From contig OZ287758.1 in assembly GCA_965649765.1 (NCBI GenBank), forward strand, positions 39,990,001 to 40,054,000: 64,000 nucleotides of DNA, in the 5' to 3' direction. This DNA comes from Bispira polyomma (taxonomy: Eukaryota). Position numbers and translations under genes: made by a program. Below the pieces are notes generated by a model. It saw only the letters and a program-made list of their open reading frames with translations, searched no databases and was not told the origin of the DNA. Shown here piece by piece: positions 36,229 through 48,132 of the stretch (positions within the stretch are counted from its first letter, which is position 1; each line of letters begins with the position of its first letter).

Positions 36229-39200
36229 ATGGATACCATACTATATTCAGGTAATACTTACTTTTTGATACTACAATTCAAGTTTTATCATTTGTATTAA
36301 ACATTGTTATAATTATTTTATGCAGTAAGGAAAACTTAATATTGGTAGAAATGTTATTATATTTAATTGGACAAAAAGGAAAAGTGACATCCGATTGAGG
36401 TTTCAATATCATACAGTACTGGCTCTTATGAAATCAGCACTTTTCTTAATATAGAGAAATTAATATTTAAAGATGGTTCCCTTCAAGGAAATGAATACTC
36501 TATATTAAAATGACTTTTCTTTTATGCAAAAAAAATGAATCAATCTGTCCTAGCAGGAAACAAAAATATTCCTAAATAATACCAAAAATATATAAATTCC
36601 TTTATGTTTACTGTTCATAACATCAACAAATTTTCAATAATGTCATTTTTATCAAGGACAAATGCAAACATCTGGTAGTTTTTATGCAAAAATACAAAGT
36701 TATGAAAAGTCTGTTGTCGTCAAGATAAACCGTTCCAGGGAAAAATAATTCAACTTATTTATCTGTCACCACATCAAAATTACTTGGTTTAAATTGGTCA
36801 CAATATCAATAATACTTGGTTTGAATTGGACAAAACATCAAAAATACTTAGTTTAAAACAAAATAATGGCTTGGCAACTTCATAATTTAATAAGGACATT
36901 ATCAGAGAAGTGACAGAAAACCTTGTCCAAAAACACTTCAAACTGGATATAACAACACAAGGCATTTGACATATGTTTTTGGATGTTTTGGGTTGCCGAT
37001 TATTTGATGTTGCCCCCTATTAAAAGGGCCTATGAGATGGCAGAATACATCTGATCATGTGTGTTTCTGCCAAGGCACTGAACCTACGGCTGAGATGACA
37101 TAGGCAGTGAGGTACTATCTCTGCAATTTGACTGCCTCTGTAGCTCGGACTTGGTCCTGTTAGCCCATTTCAGGCAACACCATCCCTTGCCTCCAAGCCT
37201 ACTCAACCACTTGATGGTTTCCACCATCTTCCTCGTTCAGTTGCCCTCCTCCATGCATGCCTAGGTAGCGGATCCTTATATGGTTGTGCAGTGTACAACA
37301 GGCCATCACTATGGTGGTGACTGTGTATGGCTCCTGCCTCGTGGTTGTGAGAAGACAGTTTTAAGCTCTTTAAAGGTGGTCTGATCCTCCAGCTCTAGCT
37401 CGGACATTAAGTTCTCATATTGCCCCTATTGGGACCTCCTTAGCAGCCAGCTCTGCACCCAAACACTCCGCTTTGCCCTTCTCCTATATATTCTCAGATA
37501 ATACCGCTACATGGCTAAGTTCAATTGAGCTCTAAACAACTGTACATGAATTGAAATGAAATAGTACATTTGTTATACTGCACTTATAGAACAGAGCCTC
37601 CCTTCAAATGCGCTTCCTCATGGGCAGCTACTATGACCATTTATCAACCTCTCTAAGGATCTTTAATGTGCCACTGGAGATATTACTCAGTGACAGAGGA
37701 CCGCCATTTTAGTGGTCATCTGAGCCACTAGGCAAACTTGTGTTCACATCTTGCCTAAGGATGTTATCCCACTAAAATGAAACTAGTGGCTGGTACCGGG
37801 ACTTGAACCGGGGACCTTCTGATCATTAGACCAACACCCTAACCACTAGACCACAGGGGATCACAATTGTTGACATACATCCACCAAGATATTTAAAAAT
37901 TTAATTCTTTCAAGAGCCATGACTTAATCAAACAGTTGTACAATGTGTCGCCATCAAAAGCTACCAATAATGAATAGAAGGTCAGTTTTTTGGAGCCTTA
38001 TATAGTGATCTGTCTAGGTTTCCGTATCTTCATCCCCTGCCAGATAAGTCAAGATATGTCATGATCCGGACCAGAAACCCCTCTGATCGGCAAATAGTAT
38101 ATAAGATTGGCTTCCATAGTGCCTGCCCATGAGTGTTGTGTTATGTTTTTTTGTCTTTAGCCTGCCTTGTGCTATTCTTACAAATAGTGGTTTCGATGGT
38201 TACCAGCCTGAGGTTACCTAACCAAACTGTGTGTGTTCAGACAGATACCCCATCAGTAGAACTATCCTGTGGTGATGTAGTAGTTGTAAATCCCCCAGAC
38301 ACCAGAGTGAGGGAATGGGCCAGGTATCTGCCAAATATAAACGAATTTAATGTCATCCTATGGTCTGCTTATGTCAACAATAATAGGGACTATAGAAGTT
38401 CTGTAGTCAAATATCAGATGACTGACACATTTTCCCTGGTTTTTTCTCAAGTACAGCTGTCTGATGCTGGATTGTACATGTGTCTGCCCATAGGTGGGTC
38501 CCAACCACAGGCTTACTACGTGATGCTACACATTCTGGGTAAGTGTGTTCATGCATTTTTGAATTGATTTGAATTAAGTCGTTTTCAACAGCTTAGGTCA
38601 CATCGCGATGGCCAGATTTAATGGTGGAATTAAAAAGTGCTGAAGCACAATGTAAACCACCAACATTCAGCAAGTACCTGACAAACTCTCCCACATGGAG
38701 GACAAACAGGATTAGTGAGAGGCCAGTGATTGTGAAGCATGTAGTCCACCATGGCCCCTGAGTGTACATGTGTTGGTGTGATGATATATACGAGAATTTC
38801 TGTTGTTTTGGGGTTTTCCAAAACCGAGGGTTATTAATGATATTTGGTGGTATAATCTAAAAAAAATCATTGCAATACAGTAAAACCTTCATTATCTGAA
38901 CTCAAAATTCAATTTTTATAAACTCTTTACACTTTTCTATTGCTTTATATTAAAATACCTTTTCTATTTTAGAAAAGTCCAATTATCCAAACAATACTTC
39001 CTGAAGGGGAGTTATAGCAGTTTATATTTGAGTGTAATATCTGCTAATATTTATGCAAGTAGTGATCTAAAAACCTTTTTTTTTGAAAGGGTGGAAGGTG
39101 GTGTGGTTTTAATTAGAGAGGGGTCCTTTATTACAGAAAAATATGGTATATAAGAATTATGTATATACCTGTACCTCCTTTTTACAAGGCCCCTGTTAGG

Positions 39201-39445
39201 ACATAAATATTTTTCAGGACCATGTCTATGAGAATAAAAACCTAGAAGATTTTTTGCCAATTTGGGTATTATGTGATGGAAAAGTGTGCACAGGTGTTTG
39301 TGTAATATTAAATATAAGTTTTAAATTCTTCAATTAAATTCGCAGATCCTGAAATCAGCCGAATTAATAGAAAAGTTTTTTTGTTCTATACTTTTATAAA
39401 GCAGAAAAATATATTTCTATTTGTCACATTTCATTAGAATCCTGT

Positions 39446-39534
<89 letters not shown>

Positions 39535-42500
39535 CACAAAAACGCCCAAAAGTCTGTCACCTCAAAATAATTAGAGCTTTCATTTGATCATTATCTGCAC
39601 ATGAAAGTGGCTGTACTGTAGGTATTAAGAAAAAAAATTTGCTAATGTCGGCTAATGTCGGCCTTTTTATAATACTTGATATGATATGATAGATTTTTAA
39701 CGCGCCTAATTGATGCTAAGAATACTCTAAAGCGCAACATCATTGACAAAGTTGTAAAAATTATAGTCCGTTTCCGAAGCAAATCTGTGATTGGGGTGAT
39801 GTGTAGGGGAAAGATGTCTATAGGGGGTAGGTTAGGGTAATGAGATGGGTCTCAAGGTTACTTCTAAAGCCAGGTAGGGTTTCCTGGTATCGCATATTGG
39901 TTAGTATTATTTCATAGGTTAGGTGCTGCAACAGAGAATGCATAGAATCCAATTAATTTATTAGTCCTTAGTTATGAGACACTGAAATTATGTTTCCCTT
40001 GATAAGCCTGCTAAAAGACAGCAATGAGTCAAGATAGGCGGGCTGACATAGGTATACAGTTTGTATGTAGTAGCATTGGTCTTGAAAATAAGGATATCAG
40101 AAAGGATATCAGAGATATCTTAATTTGAGTGTTGACTGGCTCAAATATTATGTGTTTATTTTACTTATGTTACATTAATGCCAAAACATTACTACATAAA
40201 CAAATTATATATTTTCCATTTACAAGCAGTTTGTATTCTACACACAAACACATAATTAGTGGCAAGGAAATTTTGCAAATAATATTGTTTCAAATTCAAC
40301 ATACAAGATATATAAGCAAGTATATTGAAACGTTTACACAGTAATATCAGGAAAGTAGTTTCATTTTCGTTTTTGGTAGGTAGTTAGTTATACAGTCTTA
40401 CATCATCTTCTTATCCATAAACCATCAAGCTTGACAAATACAATTTCTTTAATAAAATGAATTCAGACTTTTTAAACCTAGCCAGGTAAACTACTGTGGA
40501 CGATAAAATTTTACCTGGATGACAATTTCACTAGTTTACAATATTAAAGAAATTTACTGGATTTATTTTCACTGATTGACCAATTGTTATTTGAAACATA
40601 AAAATACAAATGTATTTTCCATATTGAAAGACAACAGTGAAGCAAGATACAGGGATTGACATAGATTTACAGCTTTATATGTAGTAAAAAAATTATAAAG
40701 TACTTGACAGGTAGTCAATGTAGCCTTATGAGATATGGAGTCGTATTGAGGCGAGATCCCAAATGGCACACAACTTTGCTGTCGAAGAAGCAGAGATTAC
40801 AGTAGGTTAATCGATTACTTATGAGTGCATTTGCTATGACTATGGCGGTTTGATGGGATAGGTGTTTTGTGATTTTCTTGAGGTCGCCAATATAGAGGTA
40901 GCAAGATCGACAAATATTGGAAGAATGAGGATTGAGTTTGAGAGGTGGGAAGGTGTGGTTTGATAAAGTCAGTTGCTCTAAAGGCAGATCTGATCTTGGC
41001 AATATTATCAATAATAAATTCTCCAAATCGATTGGGAAGAAAATTGGTACAACGGTGATCTGGTAGTGAGCTCCCTGATTGACACAATTCCAAACCATAA
41101 AATATTTGTTTGTCTTTCCGAATATTTATAAAAAACAATTGTTATTTAAGTATGATATACATTTTTCAGCAGATCATACAGTTAGTTGCCAAATGTATAC
41201 CAGTGATCCAGAGACTTTGCCCATTAAGCTTAGGCATGGTCAAAACAGAAACAGAAAACTGATTCAACGGGCATGTAAGTGTTATAAAGAACAACTCATA
41301 GCTTTAAAACCTACTAACCTCTATAAGGATAACACTTGCAGTAAAAGCTCCCTACATTGAATGCTCATGAACTGCCAAATTGTCCACTGCAAAGAGGTGC
41401 TCACTTACAATTCACTGGTATCGAAACAGGATCATCAAAGGAATAGAATTTGAGATCATAAAGGTTTTACTGTATTCAAACATTAAAAGTATGGACAATA
41501 AAGCTTCTACTGTATTCAAATAATAAAAGATTGGACAATAAAGCTTCTACTGCACTCAGAGACTAGGTATTTCGAACAATTGAGGTTCTTCTGTATTTAG
41601 ACAATAAAATATTTCAGATAATAACGGTTCTACTGTATAAAACTGATAGAAGTTTGATGATATAGTTAAAGAAAATGAAGAGTGTTGATAATATAGAGTT
41701 ACTATTGTATCTATCTATTAAAAGGCTCTCTATTTTGTACTACAGCTAAGCTGACTAGGGCAGGGGTTGTGTGTCTGATAAGTGTAAGCGTATTACTCTT
41801 CTGTTTCTTGGGGTGTGGCATCATTCTGTGGATGTTACATAGAAGAAACAAAAGGAAAGCCCACAACAACAACAACAGAGGTAAGTCATACAGTAATAGC
41901 ATGTTTCCATACGCACATGTAAATGTCCATCCGTGTACCCTCATATGTACATATATAAAATCTTTGGCTAGTGATCTACTTCTTTATAGTGTTTCCATGG
42001 GTTCAACGTGGGAATTATGCGTATCTGTAATGCTCCGTTCCATGGGTCTGTGTACATTATGCGTATCTTTGATGCTTCATTTCCATGGGTCGGTGTACAT
42101 CATGTGTATCTGTGATGCTTCATTTCTATGGGTCTGTGTACACAATGCGTATCTGTGAAGCTCTGTGTTCAAGGATTTGAGTACATCATGCGTATCTGTG
42201 ATGCTCCGTTTCCATGGGTCTGTTTACATCATACGTATATGTGATGCTCCATTTCTATGGGTCTGTGTACATCATGCGTATCTGTAATGCCTCGTTTCAA
42301 TGGGTCTGTGTAACAATGCGTTGTGGTGCTCTGTTTCCATAGTTCCGCCGTGTACATTATGCGTATCTGTAATGCCCCATGGGTATGTGTACATCAAATG
42401 ACACTGTAATACTCTGTTTCCATTGGTCCGTATACAACATGTGTATTCGTGATGCTCCATTTTCATGGGTCCGTGTACACAATGCGTATTTGTGGTGCTC

Positions 42501-45021
42501 TGTTTCCATGGGTCCGTATACAACATGCGTATCCGTGATGCTCCATTTTCATGGGTCCGTGTACACAATGCGTATCTATGGTGCTCCGTTTCCATGGGTT
42601 CTCTCTGTACATCAGGCATATCCGTGATTCTCCGTTTCCATGGGTGCGTGTACACAATGCGTATCTGTGATGCTCCATTTCCATGTGTCCATGTACATAT
42701 TGCACATCTGCAGAAAAGGCAATCTGGTAATGGACAGATTGTCAACAACAGATGACTGACGCTTCACAGCCGATTGTTTTCGTTCCATGCATGTGATTTT
42801 CTAGGCACATTGTCCTCAGATTAAAATGTCTCAGCTTACAGACATGACTTTCATGGGGTTTTCACACAACTAATTTATTCACCACTAAGGGGCAGTAGAA
42901 TTAAGCAGTGCGTGTCGACTAATAGCTGAATGTGTCGAGTATATGTGAAACATTTAAAAGCTAAGAAACTAATCAAATCAGTGTTTACTGTCCGGTATAT
43001 CGGCTGTTGGCTATAGGCTACATAGGCTATGTTTCCAAAGCTTTGGTCCCTAGATATTATATTTGTCATGGATGGGGTCACGATGTAACCCTTTTATTCA
43101 ATTGAGCAAATAGGTAAGGTAAGGAGAAGGTAATATTTTGTCACTAGTATTATTGTGTTAAAAACCAGCTCAAAAACTACAGACCGGTGTCAAACCTCAG
43201 CTTCGTCTCAAAAGTCATCGAGAAAGCTGTAGCTAAACAAATTTCTGACCACCTTAATAGACAAAACATTGAAAATCTCCATCAGTCTGCTTATAGAAAG
43301 TTTCACTCTACAGAAAGTGCCCTTTTTTCAATTAGCAATGATATCAATCTTGCACTGGACCGCAACGACACAGTGGCCCTCACCCTTCTGGATCTCTCAG
43401 CTGCATTCGACACTATCGATCATGTCCTGCTCTGCGACACTCTCAAGCAGTGGTTCGGTATAAATGGCAGTGTCCTTAAATGGATCAGATCCTACCTTAC
43501 TCTTAGGGCACAAAGAATTAAACTAGATGATCACCTATCATCTTCCATGAAACTTCCATATAGAGTACCCCAAGGATCCGTCCTTGGTCCTCTACTTTTC
43601 ACCCTTTATACACATCCTCTTAGCACTGTCATCAATAAACACAATATAAAACACCACATGTATGCAGACGACACTCAAGTCTATCTCTCCCTCAATCCAC
43701 AAAATGCAGATACTAACATAGACCTACTTGCAGACTGTCTGTCTGATGTCCAGGCGTGGATGAACTACTCCAAACTAAAGCTTAACCCTGACAAAACAGA
43801 ATTCATCCTCATAGGAAACAAGAAAAACAGTGAACTCCTAAAATCTTTGTTTCCCATCTCCCTGCTGGGAAAAGACATACTACCTTCCGAAAATGCTAAA
43901 AACCTGGGTGTCACTTTTGATTCAGCTTTTTCGTTCGATACTCATGTTGCCAACATCTGTCGCTCCTACTATTACCACATACGTGACATCAAAAGAATCA
44001 GAAACCACTTGTCCATGGACACAGCCATAACTGTGGCAAATGCCCTTGTGAGTAGCCGCCTCGACTACTGCAATTCTCTCTTGTACGAAGCAAACAAGTC
44101 AAACATTAAAAAGCTCCAGTCCATCCAAAACTACCTATGTAGGGTCATTTTTCGCCTGGGTTGTCACACAGACGTCACTCCTTACCTCAAAAAATTACAC
44201 TGGTTGCCCATTAAATCTCGAATTTTGTTTAAGATTCACGTTACCACTTTTAAGGCTGTAGTCACTCAACAGCCACCCTACCTTGCCTCCCTTCTTTCCT
44301 TCAGTAACCGCAAGAGAGGCAACAGACTCTCTGTCACTTCGGTCAGACCAATCAGAAAGGCGGGTTTAAGAGCATTCTCCACTGCAGCTCCACGGTTATG
44401 GAACAGTCTCCCAGTTGACCTCAGATCAGTTGATACACTTGTCAGTTTTAGGAAAAAGCTTAAAACCTATCTTTTTAATCTTGCCTACCCACCTTAGCTT
44501 TCCTCGTGCACGCTCCCACTTCCTTCCTTACGACTTTGCAATTTCCATGGACTTAATGATTGGACTAATGATTCTGCTGTTGCGCTTTAGAAGATGCCTA
44601 GCATCAATAAAGCGCGTTAAAAATCTATAATAATAATAATAATAATAACTAGTGTAAAGTTTGATTGAAATAAGGATAGCCCATTATAATCAAGTAGTCA
44701 GTAAAAGTAATTCTTATATTTAAAACATTTAAAATTTAGCTTATCTGTTTCCATATTCCTTTTTATACATTACATCTTACAAACATGTGGATAATAGATT
44801 CTTCTTCTAAGTTACATAGTCTACACTTTGCATTATGCGAGATATTGATTTGTTTCAGAAAACGTTGAAATCCTGGACCATGTGTTAGGATACTGTTTTG
44901 AAGCCAAATAATACGATTATCTATCACATTTCTAAAACAAGTTCCACATGCAAACTTCCAACTATCTATATCAATATTAGGATTCAAATCTGTATTTCAT
45001 TTGTCATTACAGAACACTTTT

Positions 45022-45073
<52 letters not shown>

Positions 45074-46250
45074 GTGTGTAACAAGGAATGAAACAATACA
45101 GTAGTTGAATATGGTACTGGTGTTGGTTTATACCGAGTTGCTAGTCCCCGAGACCAAGAGCTTCCAGATAAAACAATACCCATTAAGTAGAAATAAAAAG
45201 AGGTTGTCTTTGTGTTAGATAGGTAAATTGGCCTTATATATAATTTATTGTATCTATATATTTCGACCTTCTTATGGATTTAAGGTCTCATCAGAGGCTG
45301 AGGTATATTGTCACTGACTCCTTAAGGTATCAAATTTGGATCCGACAAGCTCCTGCTCCTTAAGGTGCATTATTTGGCTCCGGCAAGCTCCTGCAATACA
45401 GTTTATGGCTATATGCTGGATATTGATTTTTGTGATCCAAAACCTATAATTTATGCTATAGTGTGGATTCCCAGTAGGTAGTGGAAATATGTTTTGACCT
45501 TAAGATTAAGTAGATTTGTCCTGTTATAAAACTCTCCCAAGGTGTCTGTATAACCAAGCTCTACTTCTCCTTACAGATAATGTTTATGAAGAAGTTCAAG
45601 ATGGATCAGAAAGAACACCAGAATCAGTGGTAAGTATTTATTTATATTAATTTTTTGTTTCAGCTTTGGTCATATTTTGACGGCCATTATTAGTGGTGGG
45701 TGAAACCGGTGCCGAAGCATTGTAAACCACCGACCTACAGCAAGAACCTGATGAACTTTCTCACATAAAGAAAAAATCTGTGGAACCCCCCCCCCCCCCT
45801 CTATCACCCTTAACCCCCCACTTTCTCTTTAGAGTCAAGACAAAGATCATTTATTCTTACTTTAAACACATTGTATGGCTGATAGCATGTTTCCCCTACA
45901 TAGACTCAGCACAGAGACATTTATTGTTACCTTAAACACATTGTATGGCTTAGAGCATGTTCCCCTTGTATATTTTTGTAAACAAATATCTAATGGCTAT
46001 TTTAGTTTGGATTTAACCTTACTTTAACTATGTTAACACATCTTGCACCATCAACCTCCAGTAAATGTATTGTCAACTTTCCAAAAATACATCACCGACA
46101 GCAATGGTGAAAGGCGAATGTGATATTACTATATCCCCCCCAGATAAGGTAGAAAGCTTATTTGAAGCATTGAAAACATTTTTTCATGAATGAAAGCCAG
46201 TTCATATTGATTGTGATAATTTTAAATTGTATTTATAATTCCAGGCATGA
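36229..46250 (+). CDS. IgR-2: paralogous V-type Ig receptor lacking the ITIM exon. Exons: putative leader 36229-36250; V 38188-38538; stalk 41170-41274; TM 41746-41880; cytoplasmic 45577-45629 and 46245-46250
   Basis: Exons homologous to IgR-1, open and phase-compatible; tail reads DNVYEEVQDGSERTPESVA*. The leader exon is the least certain part. Confidence 0.78.
37655..37862 (-). mobile_element. tRNA-derived SINE
   Basis: Minus strand TGGTCTAGTGG A box and GGTTCAAGTCC B box; body matches a + strand fragment at 15597-15720. Confidence 0.8.
38188..38538 (+). CDS. IgR-2 V-type Ig exon
   Basis: ELSC, REWAR, SLVFSQVQLSDAGLYMC; AG/GT bounded; 351 nt. Confidence 0.92.
39449..39531. repeat. (TA)n microsatellite
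   Basis: Perfect TA run; shorter runs at ~18254, 45026-45070 and 62997-63048. Confidence 0.98.
39683..41070 (-). mobile_element. Interrupted L2-like LINE fragments
   Basis: Minus-strand 3' end (CTTAGCATCAATTAGGCGCGTTAAAAATC) at ~39690 and ICRSCYLYIGDLKKITKHLSHQTAIVIANALISNRLTYCN at ~40790-40920. Confidence 0.75.
41990..42710 (+). repeat. ~43-bp minisatellite, about 16 units
   Basis: GTTTCCATGGGTCTGTGTACATCATGCGTATCTGTGATGCTCC repeated. Confidence 0.95.
43160..44650 (+). mobile_element. 5'-truncated L2-like LINE with an uninterrupted RT frame (43187-44497)
   Basis: NYRPVSNL, QSAYR, LLDLSAAFDT, VPQGSVLGP, YADDTQ and LNPDKTE motifs; short 3' UTR and (TAA)n tail. Confidence 0.95.
44700..45020 (-). 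mobile_element. L1/Tx1-like LINE C-terminal fragment
   Basis: CRLCNLEEESIIHMFVRC CCHC-type motif. Confidence 0.6.
45192..45504 (-). mobile_element. ~313-bp ribozyme-bearing insertion (retrozyme / Penelope-associated non-autonomous type)
   Basis: Flanked by direct repeat ATTAAGTAGA (45182-45191 and 45505-45514); absent from the paralogous intron at ~22740; contains a hammerhead. Confidence 0.8.
45231..45298 (-). ncRNA. Type I hammerhead ribozyme
   Basis: Minus strand: GCCU-CUGAUGA-GACCUU(aaauccauaag)AAGGUC-GAAA-UAUAUA(gauacaauaaau)UAUAUA-UA-AGGC. All core nucleotides and three stems are present. Confidence 0.9.
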
Positions 46251-48132
46251 AGCTGACTTCTGAGGTGTAGAGAAAGACTGTGTCGGTTATTTGGTAGAAC
46301 AGAACAAAGTACCTGCATTTATTCACAATGTACTGTTATGCTTTTTGGCTTTTTAATGGATAAAATGACTATGCCCTAAATTCTCCAATCAAGCCAAGGT
46401 TTTATGTGGTAACTCTTATATGTGTAAGTAACCTGCACTTGTGAGTGTATCGATTTCTATAGAGCTTCAATAATGAAATTAAAACATGCAGCCAGATTTG
46501 ATGGATCTTATGTTATCGTTAGAGAGAGGGAGACACTTTAGATTTAAACTTGAGTCTGAGTTGAGTTTGATTTTTCTTGGATATTATGGCCCAATTTTTC
46601 TGAAACGATGCCAATATTAATGGTGGTCCGGTCCCACAATATGGGGTCTTCATGATTCAAACATTGTTAATAGCAATGTTTATAATGTGTACTATATTCT
46701 AACATGACACGACTGTGTCCGTGATTCTGATTGGTCAAAAGCCTCGATAAAATTCCACATATACTGCAAAATTTAGTAAGATGGAACAGCCAGTGCTTGT
46801 GTGTGTTTATGACTGACATAAATGATTATTTTATACATTTTAGTACATTCCAAACCATGGTATATGTACAATTTTACTATTCTTTAAAGATTAAACCCAC
46901 TCGACTTTCGCCTTTGTAGGCTTAAGCCTTAAATTGTGGTAAAATTTTGCGTATACCATGGTTTGTTGAGTGTTATTCCTATATTGAACATTAACATTTT
47001 TTCCTAGGAATAGTCAGATCCAGGATTCTGTTAAAGGGGGGGAGGAGTCCACTTCGAGAATATACAGCAAACATCAATGTTAAAAATTTGTTCTTACACT
47101 TCTTTTTGCTGCAGCTAAAAATTTTTTAATTTTATAAACAGGGGAGGGGGGTCATCCAGTAGACTGCCTGTATCCCCACCCATGGATCTGCCAATACTAG
47201 GGAATCTCATTAGTTTCTAGTTAGTATGTTCTTTCTTTTTTCTAAAACATTTGACAAAGTACGACCAAATTTGTTAAGCTTCCGTTAGGTCTTAGGTCAC
47301 TTTTAACAGCTTATGTCATGCCATGATGGTCAGATTCACTGGTGGAAGAAACCAGTGTTAAAGCACTTTAAACTTGTTAGAGAATCTCCAAAGAGTTGAA
47401 CAAAGTTACTGGTCACATTTGTCACCTTAGTCACCCCAAAAGAATCACTTCTTATCTTGGCCTAATAACGAGCTGTAAATTATGCTTAAGAATTTTGGCG
47501 GACTTGTCAGATTTGATCTGTTATCATGGGTTTTTGGTCCAGTGAGGTCAATGTGATAAATTCTGGGTACTATTTCAGCTATTAATTCACATTTCATCTG
47601 TAATCTTGCCCGGAAGGTCAAAAAGGTTAACTTCCTAATGTTTCTGACATGTTGAAATGAATATAGAATAGAATAGACGTGTAGTATCCAAGAGTAGATT
47701 TTGTGTTACCTGCAAATATATTTTAGTATCAAAAACCCAAAAGGAGTCAGTTTTATAGACCATACGTGTATATTATTTAAATAAATACATCTTTGCTTAC
47801 TTTTTTTACCCAATCTTCTGCCTATAACAATGTGATCTTCAAATTCTTAAACTTGTGTTTTTTTTTGAAAATGTTATTACATTAATTTTTGTTTGTTGCA
47901 TTACAATATTATTATTTGTCATTTGAATCTGATTTTTGTTTCTGTGCATGCATTTTTCATTTCTTTTCACACAAATGTTTTTCTTAAATGAATCTGAGGC
48001 TAAAATTTGAATTTGATTTTTCACACAATTTGTAAGGTTTATATAAGCATAGTCAAGTACAGTCATAGTATTCATACTCATACAAATAGAGGATCGTCTC
48101 AAAAAGTTGTCAGGTACTTGCCGTAGGTCATG

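Larger units (their letters stand above)
32718..47761 (+). repeat. Tandem segmental duplication, unit 2
   Basis: Colinear with 11665-24575 but with different TE insertions. Confidence 0.92.

Noticed and set aside
36990-37640. GC-richer segment replacing the IgR-2 leader region, possibly a retroelement fragment
   Set aside because: Could not assign a family from motifs; noted only as an unclassified insertion.
37790-37862. tRNA-like sequences here and at 61190-61274 and 58719-58800
   Set aside because: A/B boxes run into SINE bodies, and no complete cloverleaf is evident.
41990-42710. Regular repeats that might look like a CRISPR array, with several overlapping ORFs
   Set aside because: Head-to-tail units without unique spacers, eukaryotic context, no cas genes; the ORFs are repeat translations. 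The same applies to 925-1398, 31560-31838 and 32441-32670.
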